A stretch of DNA of 64,000 bases from Octopus vulgaris (Eukaryota), in NCBI GenBank assembly GCA_951406725.2, contig OX597817.1, positions 132,184,001 through 132,248,000 of the forward strand, in the 5' to 3' direction. Shown piece after piece: positions 14,394-28,517 of this stretch. The position numbers and the translations under genes are program-made. Below the pieces are notes generated by a model that saw nothing but the letters and a program-made list of their open reading frames with translations, was not told where the DNA came from and ran no database searches. The first letter of the stretch is position 1. Every line of letters begins with the position of its first letter.

Positions 14394-15928
14394 GTAAGTT
14401 CATTAAGGTATCTTCCATTTAAACATTATTGACTCTTATTCCAAAATACTACATTATCGAGCTGTAAAGTTAGTTGGTTGGTTACATGTTATCTCTTAAA
14501 CATTATGAGCTCTTTCGATATTGTATTTGGTTTACAAGATTCTTGATGAGAACTTGTGTGTTGAAACAGAATTGTTTGTATCTCGGCGGTGTGGGGGTCA
14601 TTATACCATAATAAACACACGCACTGGCACTATATCACGTCTTTATTGTCTATTTGTAAAGTTCTTCACCGGTTAAGTGATTAAATAATTAAATGTTTGA
14701 TTATTAGTTTGATCAATCTGTAGTGAATCTTGCATGCATGAAGTGGATTCGATCCACTATAGCCAGACTTAAATTAACACTGCAACAGAACTTTTCCCAC
14801 GATGGAACAATGGTTTTTCTCTGACAGCAGTTTTACATTTTCCAGATATCTTTAACTAGGCCGAAATAATGTCTTCACTACTTGACCCTTTCTAACCTCT
14901 TCTACTTCACCAAAAGCTAGAATAGATAACAAGACGAACAACTAAATCTATTGTTCTCAATGATATATCTATCCTTCTGGATCCTTATATAAGAATGCAC
15001 ACCCCAAGCAAAAATCAGTTAGTGACTTGTCGACAACTGAACGAGGCAGTTCGTGACGACTCAATTAGTTAAAGAAAAGACTGCTAGAATATAATGGTCA
15101 GCGAGAGAAATGAAAACTCCTACCAGCAACTCCATACAACACCCTACAATTCTTTCTAGCTCTAATTCTGTTCTCCTACAATAACATTCCATCGCTATCT
15201 GTGGATTACTACTCACTATTCGTATACGTCAAACTATGTAAAGAAACATTCTACCGCAGCTAACTTTACTTCGCATGCTTTTGGATGCATACAAACCTGC
15301 CCGTCGAGGCAAGGTAATTGTAACGGTAAATAAATACTTTGTTAAAACTTTATGCATTGTTCATCTTTCACATCTTACAACTTGCCGTTTTAATAAGAAA
15401 CTCTTATCGTTGCATCTGCTGACCACAACATATAATAATATTGTGTACCTAATCAATCTCTGCCGTTACAATTGGTAGCCACACCAATTAAAAATCTACC
15501 GTTATAAATCGATCAATCATTCACGACTTCATAAATGACATGCTCTCTTTACTCCGGATGTGCTTCACGTCTTTTTACTAAGATACTATATGAAGTATAT
15601 CTCTTTTATCAAGTAATAGTAGTTTGTGTCGGTTGCCAGCTCTGAATTTCAGATCAATAAACCGAAAATGATAAGAAATGTCTTCCTGAATACGACTCTA
15701 TTCTATCGTAGCTAAATGTTACCACAAGAAATCTCTTGTGACATTTTCTGCGACAGCTATGGTGGGGAGCGGGCAGAGGCGTTACCGCGCGGGCAAAATG
15801 CTTAGCGGCGTTTCGTCTTGAGGCATATTCGAACCCATTTTTTTTTTCACACATTGCATAGCGTATTCACCTCGTATTTTATTTACGACGAGCCGCGTGC
15901 AAACCATTCTGCCAGCTCGCTTCCTGAG

Positions 15929-15954
15929 TAATAATAATAATAATAATAATAATA

Positions 15955-16044
<90 letters not shown>

Positions 16045-16065
16045 ATGATGATGATGATGATGATA

Positions 16066-16124
<59 letters not shown>

Positions 16125-16132
16125 AATAATAA
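15929..16132. repeat. (TAA)n(GAT)n microsatellite
   Basis: Seen directly. Confidence 0.95.
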
Positions 16133-16778
16133 CGATGCTTATTTGCACTATATATAATAAATTGCACTCCATCTCATTGGAAAACTTTAGAAGAGGGGAG
16201 AGAAAGCAATAATAATAAAAAAGCAATGATGGTTAGAAGAATGTACAGAGTACACAGAATAAAGCACAAATGATAGAGTCTTAAAGAGGATAGGGTACAT
16301 CAGGTGTAGTGTTGGCCAATTTCAAAAAGTATGGAATTTTTGAAGGATACACTGTCCTGACAGGTAACAACTGACTTGGATAATTTATTCCTTGCTTTGA
16401 CAATTCTGAGCATGGAAAACTATTTCCAAAATCATTGGTGCTGCACTGCATTCTTTAAATAATTCCTTTTCTTCCCATCTGATATATATATATCAATAAT
16501 TTTAACTTAGTCGTTTGTATTAATTGCAGGTAGGGTCACCGTATTTCGTTTGTCAATCATAATTTACTACCAACCATACTAAAGGTTTATAAGTCAACGC
16601 AGTCTTCTTGTTGCTGTTAGCAGTGCATATCCCTACAGTGTATCCCAACAGATTTCCCATCGAATTATTTCTTGCCAGCGCTGACGGCGTTTCGTGTATG
16701 GACGTATCTTCGTTAACAATGCAATCGGAAATATCTTTTATATTTTACCCATTTCCTCTCTTCTTATCTTTGATTGCA

Positions 16779-16857
16779 TTGTATACATAAACGTCTTGTA
16801 TACATTGTATACATAAACGTCTTGTATACATTGTATACATAAACGTCTTGTATACAT
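16779..16857 (+). repeat. 26-bp minisatellite x3
   Basis: ttgtatacataaacgtcttgtataca repeated three times. Confidence 0.9.
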
Positions 16858-17226
16858 AAGTTTCAGTGCTGGCTACAAATAATTCTATAGAAAATGTGTA
16901 GAAATAAACAAAAACATTCATTTGTCTATCAGATACAGATACATCGGGAAAGGCAAATTCACTTGCATATTCGTCTAGAAATAATATCCTGTATAAACAA
17001 ACCGTGATCAAAAATATAAACAATATCATTAGCGTCTACAAGTGATATTATCCTCTGACGGAAACCACTTTAAATTTACCTTTTTACGATTTATCTGCAT
17101 TAAGTGTGATTCACAAATTACTATTCTAATTTAATACCTCTTCAGTTGTTTATAACGAATTTGAATAATAATTTAGACAAAATGCGTATTTACTCGGTTG
17201 TCTCATTTGCTGTTGTTCTATTTCAG

Positions 17227-17395
17227 ATTGTGTGTCAAGTATTCGCCATCCTTCTTCATTATTTCTTCTTGGCAACATATTCTTGGATCATGAACGAAGC
17301 ATTTAACCTCTACATAGTTATAACATATTCTGCACATTCGCATCGAGATTCAAATGAGTCAGGTTCATTGATGCGATACTATATCATTGGATGGA
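17227..17395 (+). CDS. Adhesion GPCR exon: TM3/ICL2/start of TM4
   Basis: tttcag|...|gtaagt. IVCQVFAILLHYFFLATYSWIMNEAFNLYIVITYSAHSHRDSNESGSLMRYYIIGW, with LHYFFLA..W...E and GW family-B motifs. Phase 0 to 1. Confidence 0.95.
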
Positions 17396-18266
17396 GTAAG
17401 TACCATACAATATTATCATAACGGCTCCCTGGTTTCCTGTGTTTCAAGTAAATTGTATGTTAGGGAATATCATATACCATAAACAAATACAAACCGGTTA
17501 AACGAAATATTTTTTACAATAGAGCGAAAGTCAGGGGAAATAATTCTGTATGAGTTATCTCCCATATATTTCAATTTCTTGTATGCAATTTATTTTCCGT
17601 CTTTTGCTGTTGCTTTTTCTCATTTACCGCTCTCTTCCTCTTTCTGTATTTCATTGCGCTTCCACTTAACGCTGTGCCACGATGACTGGCTCTGAAGGCA
17701 TCGCTATTCCTCACCATAACATTTGCTTCTGTCAGCAGCCAGGACAACTTTCTCTTTTTTAAATGCCTTTTCAATTTGTCACTCGCAAGAATTCATACAT
17801 ATATACATACATACATACATACATGCATACATACATACATACATACATACATACATACATACATACATACATACATGTATATCACATGATGGACCTGACT
17901 ATTAGTATCAGTTGTTGTTATACATAGCTGGACACAATGCACTTCGCGTTGCTTTAGCTTTCTTATTGATGACACCTCGCCGATTAAGCGTGTAGCCCAA
18001 CATTCACCCCTTGATCGGAAGGCTAGTCGGCCGCAGCGTGATCCATTTAAAGCTGAGTGGCCTGGAGTTACGGGAAATGGAGTGTTTTGCTCAAGAACAC
18101 AACGTGCAGCCTGTTCGGCAGTCGAACCCACTATCTAGCGATCTTGGAATTATACCATATTTTCTTCGTTCAGCCGATGTATAACATCCTAATTAACTGA
18201 TCCTCCTGTATTTTCTTTTACCAAAAGCCAGGAACTTTTCAGCACCACCTCATATATGTATGATTA

Positions 18267-19204
18267 CAGGGGTTGGACAAAATAATGGAAGCACCTTAAA
18301 ATTTCAAACAAATTTATTTTGATATGAGGTAGGACTTCCTTTAGCAGTAATTACAGCTTGAATTCTACGAGGTATGGACACGTACAAAGATTGTTTCCAA
18401 AGGAATTTTTATCCATCCTTCAGCTAAATCTCTAGTTCTTGTAGAATGGTGGAGGATATCGACTCCTTACTTGTTTTTCTAAAATGCATCATAAATGTTC
18501 AATAATATTGAGATCTGGGGACTTTGGGGGCTGGATAAGGTGTTCAACTTCGCTAGAATGTTCCTCGTGCCATTCAGTAACAACTTTAGCTGTGTGAATT
18601 GGTGCATTATCATCCTGAAAGATTGTGTTTCCCTGCGGAAACAGTTCCGCAACCATAGGATGAATTTGATCAGATAAAATGCTTAAAGAGTCTTGACTAT
18701 TAATTCTGCCATGAAGGGAAACCTGGGCCGGCGGATTTAGCCCTCCACCCAGATCATCACAGATCCTCCTCCATGTTTAACAGAGGGAAGAAGGCAGTCT
18801 GGGTCAAATGCTTCTTTTGGCTGTCTCCACGCGTATATTCGGTAGATGGTTGGAAATAAGGTAAAGGATGACTCGTTTGAGAAAATAACATTCTTCCACT
18901 GATCTAGGGACCAATTCTTGATACGCCAAACATTTCAGCTGTTTTCGTTACGCTAGCGCCAGCCATACGAGCACCAACAATTTGGCCTCTTTGAAAGTCT
19001 GATAGATCTGTTATTTTAATGAATTTTAATTACCTTTTTCTGGTGGTATCTGAAAAGAAACAGCAATTTTACCAAAACATATAAGGCAACACTAATAATA
19101 AATGAGAAAAATAATAAAAATAAACAAGTTTTGACGGTTTTATAGATATTTCAAAATTATGATGCTATGATGCTAGGTATTTCCATTATTTTGTCCAACC
19201 CCTG
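18267..19204 (-). mobile_element. Tc1-like DNA transposon, internally deleted
   Basis: TA|CAGGGGTTGGACAAAATAATGGAA ... TTCCATTATTTTGTCCAACCCCTG|TA: 24-bp perfect TIRs with TA TSD. Minus-strand remnants W..VIFSNES and VKHGGGSVMIW. Confidence 0.92.
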
Positions 19205-19457
19205 TATGTTAATGTATGTATGTTAATGTATGTATGTATGTATGTATGTATGTATGTATGTATGTATGTATGTATGTATGTATAAGCGCAGCAGTGGCTG
19301 TGTGGTAAGTAGCTTGCTTACCAACCACATGGTTCCGGGTTCAGTCCCACTGCGTGGCACCTTGGTCAAGTACCTTCTACTATAGCCTCGGGCCGACCAA
19401 AGACTTGTGAGTGGATTTGTCAGACGGAAACTGAAAGAAGCCCGTCGTATGTATGCA

Positions 19458-19495
<38 letters not shown>

Positions 19496-20208
19496 AAAAT
19501 TTATAGGAGCACTCTGCTATGTATTGAGTACCTTATTTACTGTGGTTAACCCCGACTCAACCCGGGACCTACATATATATATATGTGTAAATGTATGTGG
19601 GTGTATATGATTGTGTTTGTCCCCCCAGCATCGCTTGACAACCGATGCTGGTGTGTTTACGTCCCCGTAACTTAGCGGTTTGGAAAAAAGACCGATAGAA
19701 TAAGTACTAGGCTTACAAAGAATAAATCGGAAGTTCGAAACGTGAAAAACATCCTCATTTTTCGAGCGTTAAACTAATACATCAGTTGTTTGTTTACACA
19801 CCCGTCTTCGTCTTTTGATTTTTGTAAATTCTCACTATACACATACGTACGTATGTCTGCATCTATGTTAATGTTCGTAGGCAGACTAAATGTGGCGGTC
19901 AATCTATTTATCGTCTGCTCTAATTCCATTGCCATATCTCAGAGGAATTGTTTGTTTATATTTCCTCATTTTAATATATATATAGGTAGCGGTACCCTTT
20001 CCTAACCAAATATATTGATTAGCGTTTAATTTATCGATCTGAGAGGGGATGAAGGAGTGACTTATTTCTAGCAATAATTGATTGTAGAAGAGCGAGTTAA
20101 CAGAAAGTCTAGGAGGCAGATTTTCCACCAATATAAACTCTCTCTTTTTCTATGTCTGTCTGTTCGTCTATTTGTCTGACTGTTTGACAGTGTGTCTGTC
20201 TTTCTGGC

Positions 20209-20274
<66 letters not shown>

Positions 20275-20308
20275 CTTTATCTCTCACTGTCTCTTTTTCT
20301 CTCCCATT

Positions 20309-20346
<38 letters not shown>

Positions 20347-20387
20347 CATTGTTGTAATGTATCTGATAGACGGAGAGAAACACACAA

Positions 20388-20469
<82 letters not shown>

Positions 20470-20907
20470 GTATGTATAAAGTAAAAGTCATTAACTAATG
20501 AGGTATTAAACACATTTAATAAATGCACAAACAAACGAAAAACAGACGCAGAAGATCACCATCTCCTTTATCATTTACTATTTGGTGGAACAAACGCAAT
20601 TTCGCACCTTTAACGATAAACACACACACACACACACACATGTGGGTGCATATTTGTATATTCTTTTATTCTTTTACTTGTTTCAGTCATTTCAATGAGC
20701 CATGCTGGAGCACCGCCTTTAGTCGAACATATCGACCCCCCAAGATTTATTCTAGTATGCAAGCCTAGTAGTATGCAAGCCTAGTACTTATTCTCCCGGT
20801 CTCTTTTGCCAAACCGCTAAGTTATGGGGACGTAAACATACTAGCATATGCTGTCAAGCAATGGTGAGGTGACAAACACAAATACATACACACATATAAA
20901 TACACAG

Positions 20908-20943
<36 letters not shown>

Positions 20944-21083
20944 TACGGAGATGTACTTGCATACCAAGTGATTTGATCTGAGATCGTGTGCTGGAACGAA
21001 AACAATTGCAGCGTGGAAGGTGTTTATAAGCCATTTAAGAAACACACAAAAGCCGTTCGATTCACTTCAACACTTAAGTTTAA

Positions 21084-21134
21084 TTTGTCAAAATATTTTC
21101 GTCGCTATAAGACCGCGACCTGTTCACTGACAAA
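21084..21134 (-). ncRNA. Minimal hammerhead-like motif with G3:C8 swapped core
   Basis: UUUGUCA-GUGAACA-G-GUCGC-(9 nt)-GCGAC-GAAA-AUAU-UU-UGACAAA. Perfect 7-bp stem I, 5-bp stem II, AAUAUU palindrome. Confidence 0.6.
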
Positions 21135-21928
21135 AATCCGTGCATCCGTGCAGCACGAATTTTTGTCAGTGAACAGGTCGTGGTCTTATATGAGGAGCTT
21201 CTTTCAGTTTCCGTCAACCAAATCCACTCCCAAGGCTTTGGTCGGCCCGAGGCTACACTAGAAGACACCGAAGGTATCACGCAGCGCAGTGGGACTGAGA
21301 CCGGAACCATGTAGTTGGAAAGCAAGCTTCTTACCACGCAGCCATGCTGGCGATTATAATCCAAAGTGTGTCCTTTTCAAGTATACCTATTTCTTTATTA
21401 CCCACAAGGGGCTAAACACAGAGGGGACAAACAAGGACAGACATAGGTATTTAGTCGATTACATCAATCCCAGTGCGTAACTGGTACTTAATTTTTCTTC
21501 AATTTTTCTTCATCCCGAAAGGATGAAAGGCAAAGTAGACCTCGGCGGAATTTGAACTCACAACGTAACGACAGACGAAATACCTATTTCTTTATTACCC
21601 ACAAGGGGCTAAAGACAGTGGGGACAAACAAGGACAGACATAGGTATTAAGTCGATTACATCGACCCCAGTGCGTAACTGGTACTTAATTTATCGACCTC
21701 GAAAGGATGAAAGGCAAAGTCGACCTCGGCGGAATTTGAACTCAGAACGTAACGACAGACGAAATACGGCTACACATTTCGCCCGGCGTGCTAACGTTTC
21801 TGTCAGCTCGCCGCCTTTTCAAGCATACCTGCTTATCTCCGTGCTCCGAAGTATACATATACATACATAACCATACACATGCACACACAGACACACATGG
21901 ATACACACACATAATATAAGAATATATA

Positions 21929-22008
<80 letters not shown>

Positions 22009-22398
22009 TGTGTGTGTGTACAACGGTTTATTAATTCCTATAAAAAAAAAAGACAATTAAAACAAACTTTAACTTGATACCGGTGTGTCGGAACGGAATG
22101 ATCTGATTGGCTAACATTTTTGTCACAAATTTCTCCCCAAAATGAGACTCGATTTTTTTTAGTGGACTCTAGCGACTCCACCAGTTCACCGCCTCCAAAA
22201 CAAGAACGACACAACAATCTCATTAGAAATCCTTGCACATAAGTTTGCCCTCCAACTATAATATATGGTACCAAGTTCAGTCCCACTGCGTGGCATCTTG
22301 AGCAAATGTATTCTACTAAAGCTTCGGGCCGACCAAAGCCTTTTGAGTGGATCTGGTAGGCGGAAACTGAAAGAAGCCCGTCGTATATATACATACGA

Positions 22399-22442
<44 letters not shown>

Positions 22443-22466
22443 GAATACGAGAATATATCTATATCG

Positions 22467-22830
22467 TGGCACTCCGTCGGTTACGACGACGAGGGTTCCA
22501 GTTGATCCGATCAACGGAACAGCCTGCTCGTGAAATTAACGTGCGAGTGGCTGAGCACTCAACAGACACGTGTACACTTAGCGATTCAGCGTGACACAGT
22601 GTAACAAGGCCGAACCTTTGAAATACAGGTACAAAAGAAACAGGAAGAAAGAGTGAGAGAAAGTTGTGGTGAAAGATTACAGCAGGGTTCATCACCACCC
22701 CCTGCCTCAACCTCGTGGCGCACTAGGTGTTTTCGCTCAATAAACACTCACAACACCCGATCTGGGAATTGAAACCACGATCTTATGACCGCGAGTATTC
22801 TGCCTTAACAACTGGGTCATTGCGTCTCCA
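22467..22830 (-). mobile_element. SINE family C
   Basis: tRNA-like head (revcomp gtggtttcaattcccaga) and tail cgtaaccgacggagtgcca. Related copies at about 5650-5935(+) and 49280-49560(+). Confidence 0.75.
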
Positions 22831-22970
22831 AGTGTATACGCACAAATACACACACACACACACACACACACACACTCGTATACGACTGGTTTCTTTCAGT
22901 TCTTGTCTACCAAATCTACTCACAAGGCTTTGGTCAGCCCGAAGCTATATTTATGTGTGTGTGTGTGTAT

Positions 22971-23026
<56 letters not shown>

Positions 23027-23190
23027 GTGTTCGCGTATTTACGACCCGTAACTTAATGGTTCGGCCAATGCGACCTATACAATAAGTACAGGGGCCCCAG
23101 TATGGCGCCGCAGTGTAATGAATGAAACGTTTAGAACTATACAAAATCTATAATATATCGCTAACCTTTCAATTCTTTGGTGTTTTCCAG

Positions 23191-23257
23191 TTTTCCCTGC
23201 TGTTTTAGTTGGTGCATTCGTTGGATCACACGGGGAGACGTATTACGCACCCGATAT
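23191..23257 (+). CDS. Adhesion GPCR exon: TM4/ECL2
   Basis: ttccag|...|gtaagt. (I)FPAVLVGAFVGSHGETYYAPD(M) continues GW-x-x-P. Phase 1 to 2. Confidence 0.92.
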
Positions 23258-24301
23258 GTAAGTATTTATTCGTTTCTTGTGTTTTCATGCATTAGAACCG
23301 AGGTTCACAAATGGTGAATAACTCCACGCTATTTTGTGCTGAGAAAAGTTTTTAGGAAAAGTGACATTTGATTATTTCGTTTTGGGATTTGGTTTGCAAG
23401 ATTCTTTACATGAGTTCGTGTGTTGAAGCATATTCTGTTGTGTCTGGGGAGAGTCATTTTCTTTTTGTGCCTTATAATTCAACACACTCAGGACTATTGA
23501 AAAGGTTGCCAGACGCAACGAAATGTTTAGGAAAATAAAAATAAGAAATAAGTGGAAATTTCACCAGTGGGTGTGTTAAATTAAAATGCACAAAAGGAAA
23601 ATGACTCTCCCCAGACACAACAGGACATTTGATTAGATCAACAGCAATGCTTAACTGGTATTTTATTTAGCCAATCCCGAAATGGATGATAGATAAAGCG
23701 GACCTCGGTGAAATTTAAACTAATTTTGCCGGTAAATTTGAAACGTTTATATTAATTTAGCATTAGAATTCTTGTATAAAAGTTGTATAAAAATAGTTAT
23801 TGTCTGCATCATTCGAAAGAGAAATAAATTCTGCATAAGGTGTAAAAATAAAAATAATTTGTATGGTGTTAGTAAAAAAAAATATTTTGTAAGAAATAGA
23901 ACTTTTATCATCGGTCTTAAATTTATTTTCGCCAGTGTATGTGAAAACATGGACACACTATCAAATCATGATCGCTTTCGACTAACGGCAATCGCTTTCA
24001 TTTATATAAAGTGTTAATAGTAATACAATTTTGCGGAAATCGATTTTATCAACCGCAGCACTTGAGTGATGCTTACTTTATCGTCCCAAAGGATAAAAAG
24101 CAAAGTAGGCCTTGGCGAAATATGAACCAGGAAGAAATGCCGTTCAGTATTCTGTGAGACGTGCTAACGCTTCTGGCTGCTCGTGCCATAGAACATAGAC
24201 AATATGGATCTTAACATAATGTCTGATAAAAGACAAGATAGTCACAGCCGGAATGTCGTTAATAATGAGTCAGCTGAATCTGTGTTGATTAGGAGCTAGA
24301 C

Positions 24302-24365
24302 CACTGGTTCCCAAACTATGGTCCGCGGACCCCGGGCGGTCTATGAACTAAATTCAAAATATCGA

Positions 24366-24432
<67 letters not shown>

Positions 24433-24535
24433 TATATACATACATACATACATACATACATAGATACTTAAAGATAAGCATATCAAAAGGGGTCTGTGGA
24501 AAAACTCATTTAAAGAAAGTGGTTGGGAACGGCTG
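24302..24535 (+). mobile_element. hAT (Charlie-like) MITE
   Basis: Ends CACTGGTTCCCAAAC ... GGTTGGGAACGGCTG. 8-bp TSD agctagac/tgctagac (7/8). Related left end at 6232. Confidence 0.75.
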
Positions 24536-25420
24536 TGCTAGACAATCACAATGATACTGCTAATAGGCTATTGTGATATTGGTGGTGTTGGCCTTAGTGG
24601 ATTATTGCGTGCAACGGCAGTGATGTGTGAATGTTCACGTCAGCGTGAATGCCTGAGCATGCATCTAACTGCGTGTATTTATCTGTGTATAATTACACAT
24701 ATAAGAACATGTAGAAAGCGCATTCACTCCTTCTACCGAAAAGCAGCTCTTATATAATGGACAAGACTACCAGATCACGCGACAAGTCATATGAGGTAAT
24801 TTTATCGCCTAACATAACAATTATATCATCGAGTACTTACAGCTAAATCCACAAAGCATTTATCTCCCTTTTTGTTTTGTACCCCTCCGTGTTTGTTTCT
24901 AGCTTTATTGTTCGTCGTTTATATAACTTTTCTTATTGTCAAATGCTTTCATTGTCTCTCTTTAATTTTATCATATGTTATCCGTCAACAAAGCAAATGC
25001 GACGCCATATTACTTGTGATTTACAGTTATGTAATCCTTATATAAATTTTGAATTCCCTCCGGCACATTAACCTAGTTTCTTTGTTGTTATTTATATATT
25101 TGATTTGATTTATTATCAGTCCAACATTTTACTTATCCAGAATGTCTTTTTAATTTGTTCTTTTCAATTATCTGTGAATTCATATACGATACACTAGCAA
25201 TCTAACAACCTATATTTACTTAGCTCTCAGATGACAGCCGTAAACCATTACGTATTTACAAACGTAATGGTAAGTAGCTTGCTTTCCAACCACATAGTTC
25301 CGGGTTCAGTCCCACTGCGTGGTACCTTGGGCAAGTGTCTTCTACCATAGCCTCGGGCCGACTAAATCCTTGTGAGTGGATTTGGTAGACGGAAGCTGAA
25401 AGACGCCCGTCCTATATATG

Positions 25421-25530
<110 letters not shown>

Positions 25531-27592
25531 TGTGTCTGTTTTGTGCCCAACATCGCTTGACAACCGATGGTGGTGTGTTTACCTCCCCGTAACTTAGCGG
25601 TTCGGCAAAACAGACTGATGGAATAAGAACTAAGCTTACAAAGAAGTCCTGGGGTCGATTTTCTTGACTAAAGGCGGTGGTCCAGCATGGCCGCAGTCAA
25701 ATGACTGAAACACGTAAAAGAGTAAAAAGCGTAATAAAAATTATACTTCATAATATTAAGAATTAAAATTTATAAATTATACATTATAAATATGAATTAG
25801 TATATATATCAATCATGTAAAATCAAGATCAAGTATATGTCAAATACAGAATGTGAGATATAAAATTAAACATCAGGATAAAAATGTTTGTGTTTAAATG
25901 TGATATATAACAAGAAAAATTCAAATATATATCTTCCTTTTTTTGCTGGTACTAAAATAGTGGTTTGAGGAAGAAGATAGCAGGGAACTATGGGTATTTA
26001 TAGGTGAATAGTACCAAGGGCGTATAATTACGCTGTACATAGTTTTAATTTTAAATTATCCTCTATAATTATTTTCAAATTTACCTATATTGGGAGGTGT
26101 ATATAATTTGTTATATAATTTTAGTAATATTTAATTCATATATTTATTTTATTTAAATTATTGTATTATATTTTTATATATCTTTTATTTATTTAAATAG
26201 ATTATTCAAGTGCTTTAGAAATAAAATTATGTGGTTATTTGATTCAGAGGTTCGGGGTTCAGTACTTTATTTTACTATTGTATAGAATTACTTCGGTGCC
26301 TACATTTACCTCCATGTTCGTCATGTGTGTTTCGTAATTTTCCTCTAGACTGTAGAAGTTTCATAAATTCAGTTATGCATAATAAACACATTGTATTCCC
26401 TTATATTGGGAATAAGCTATATGCAAAAACATCAACGGAGAACAAGAGTGTGTTTATGAAGGATTTATGTAGTTTCATTCGGTTGAGCACATGCGGCCCC
26501 CGAGTGATCAATCGACTCGCGCATAGGTGAAAACCCCTCCCGCCCGGATCCCTAGCTAGCCTGCAGCGAAGTTCCTGTCTACAGTTCGTCTGTTATAAGT
26601 CGTTGGGCAGTGCCCTACACCAGTATATATATTGAAGCCGCGTACTTAACCTATCGATCTCTTTTGCCCAGCTGCTAGGTTACGGGAACGTAAGCACATT
26701 AATACCGGTTCTCAAACGCTGGTGGAGAGGGGGTGAAACCGCAGACACAAGCACTCCCACACTCACACACACACACATACACACATGCACGCACGCACAC
26801 ACAAATACACCCATGCATATACATAATTGTTTTGAGAAAGAACTTGCTTAATTAGAAATGTTCTCACGAAGTTAAGGTTTGCACTTAGAAACGCTCAAAA
26901 GGAACTTGAGACAAAAGATGAACATATATAACATGAAGAAACGTAAGAGCAGGTAATTTCATCTACAAACATGACTCCGATTTCAGATGAATTTAAAGAA
27001 CAAGTATATACATAATACATTAAAAATATTTATAAATACATAGACATTTAAAAAAAAAATCTATAAGTAAATAAATATATTTAAAATATGTGTGTAAGAT
27101 AAAAGACTTTTAAAAAATCTGCAGTTGCAGACATAATTACGTGAAAACATACGTAAATATATTGAAGAAAAATCTGAAGTGGTAATGGAAGCGAAATAAA
27201 AGATACAAGGAAGAAAGAAAAGTTTATATATATATAGGATGGTCTTGCTTCAGTTTCCGCCTACCAAATCCACTCAAAAGGCCTTGGTTGACTCGAGGCC
27301 ATAGTAGAAAACACTTACTCAAAATGTCATGCAATGAGATTGGACCCAGAACCCTGTGACACATAAATACATACCGTTATATATATATATATACATAACT
27401 ACGTATACGCAAATGTGCATAAGGCGGTGCTCCAGCATGGCCACAGTCAAATGACTGAAACAAATAAAAGAATAAAAGAGTAAAAGAGTATATATAACAG
27501 GAAGGTTTACGAAAATAAACAAAAGACGAAGGCAGGTGGAGTACAAACAAACAATGTATTAGTATGGCGCTCAGGAATAGAAATAAAACAAG

Positions 27593-27630
27593 TCTTTTAC
27601 GTTTCGAGCCTACGCTCTTCGACAGAAAGA
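27593..27630 (-). ncRNA. Minimal hammerhead-like motif (A6U variant) in repeat family D
   Basis: UCUUU-CUGUCGA-A-GAGC-GUAG-GCUC-GAAAC-GUA-AAAGA. Related copies at 6881-6918(-), 30257-30292(-), 48569-48604(+) and about 54577-54614(+). Confidence 0.6.
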
Positions 27631-27751
27631 TACACAGAAAAGAAATAAGGAGAGAAACAAGGAGAGAAAAAAATTGCGTGTAGGGGCTAACTATTCAACA
27701 TGGATATATGTATGTGTGTGTGTGTGTGTGTGTCTATATAAACATACAAAA

Positions 27752-27982
27752 GGCGGCGAGCTGGCAGAAACGTTAGCACGCTGGGCGAAATGCGTGGCTG
27801 TATTTCGTCTGTCGTCACGTTCCGAGTTCAAATTCCGCCGAGGTCGACTTTGCCTTTCATCCTTTCGGGATCGATAAATTAAGTACCAGTTACACACTGG
27901 GGTCGATATAATCGACTTAATCCGTTTGTCTGTCCTTGTTTGTCCCGTCTGTGTTTAGTCTCTTGTGGGTAGTAAAGAAATA
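27752..27982 (+). mobile_element. SINE family A
   Basis: Full-length copy. Others at about 2320-2740(-, x2), 8284-8518(-), 11968-12325(+), 21385-21818(-, x2), 47318-47540(-), 50490-50925(+, x2), 60482-60700(-). Confidence 0.88.
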
Positions 27983-28166
27983 TATATAAACATACTCGAA
28001 CAAACGCATGCATTCCCACTCTCCCGCACACGGATACATACGCATCCCAGTGCGCGCGCGCGCTCGCAAACACACACACAAAAACTCTCTCTCTCATGCA
28101 TACACGTATATTCCTTTATATTCTTATATAATCACTTTTTTTTAAAAATATCTTTTCTAACAAAAG

Positions 28167-28227
28167 GTGCTGGATTGCCTGGGGACACATATGGCTGTTT
28201 TTAGGACCAGCTGTTGGAATTATTGCC
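28167..28227 (+). CDS. Adhesion GPCR exon: ECL2 CW motif/TM5
   Basis: aaag|...|gtaagt. (M)CWIAWGHIWLFLGPAVGIIA, with CW and W.F.GP motifs. Phase 2 to 0. Confidence 0.92.
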
Positions 28228-28517
28228 GTAAGTATTGGTATCCTTTCTAAAATTCCTTTGAAATTAAAGACATTTAAATATTTTTAAAATATTGAAGTTT
28301 AAGCTTTATTTCAGAGGTTACAAAACAAAAAAAGCGTAGAAAATCAAATGAAAATATTTTTATTTTAGAGAATCTGATATACAATTACATCAGCTCATAA
28401 AATATGGAATTTCTAACGAACAAACGGTTTATAATGAACAACACAAAACGCTTGGTCATTACAGAAAATATGTTGATTAATTATTTGAGTGCATCGTAAC
28501 TCGAGTTGTGGTGGTGG

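Noticed and set aside
14535-14585. UUGAUGA-GAAC..GUU-GAAAC motif
   Set aside because: No convincing stem I, and related copies at about 23390 and 35520 lack the core.
27752-27840. tRNA gene calls at SINE heads
   Set aside because: A/B boxes are present but there is no complete cloverleaf, and they continue into SINE bodies.
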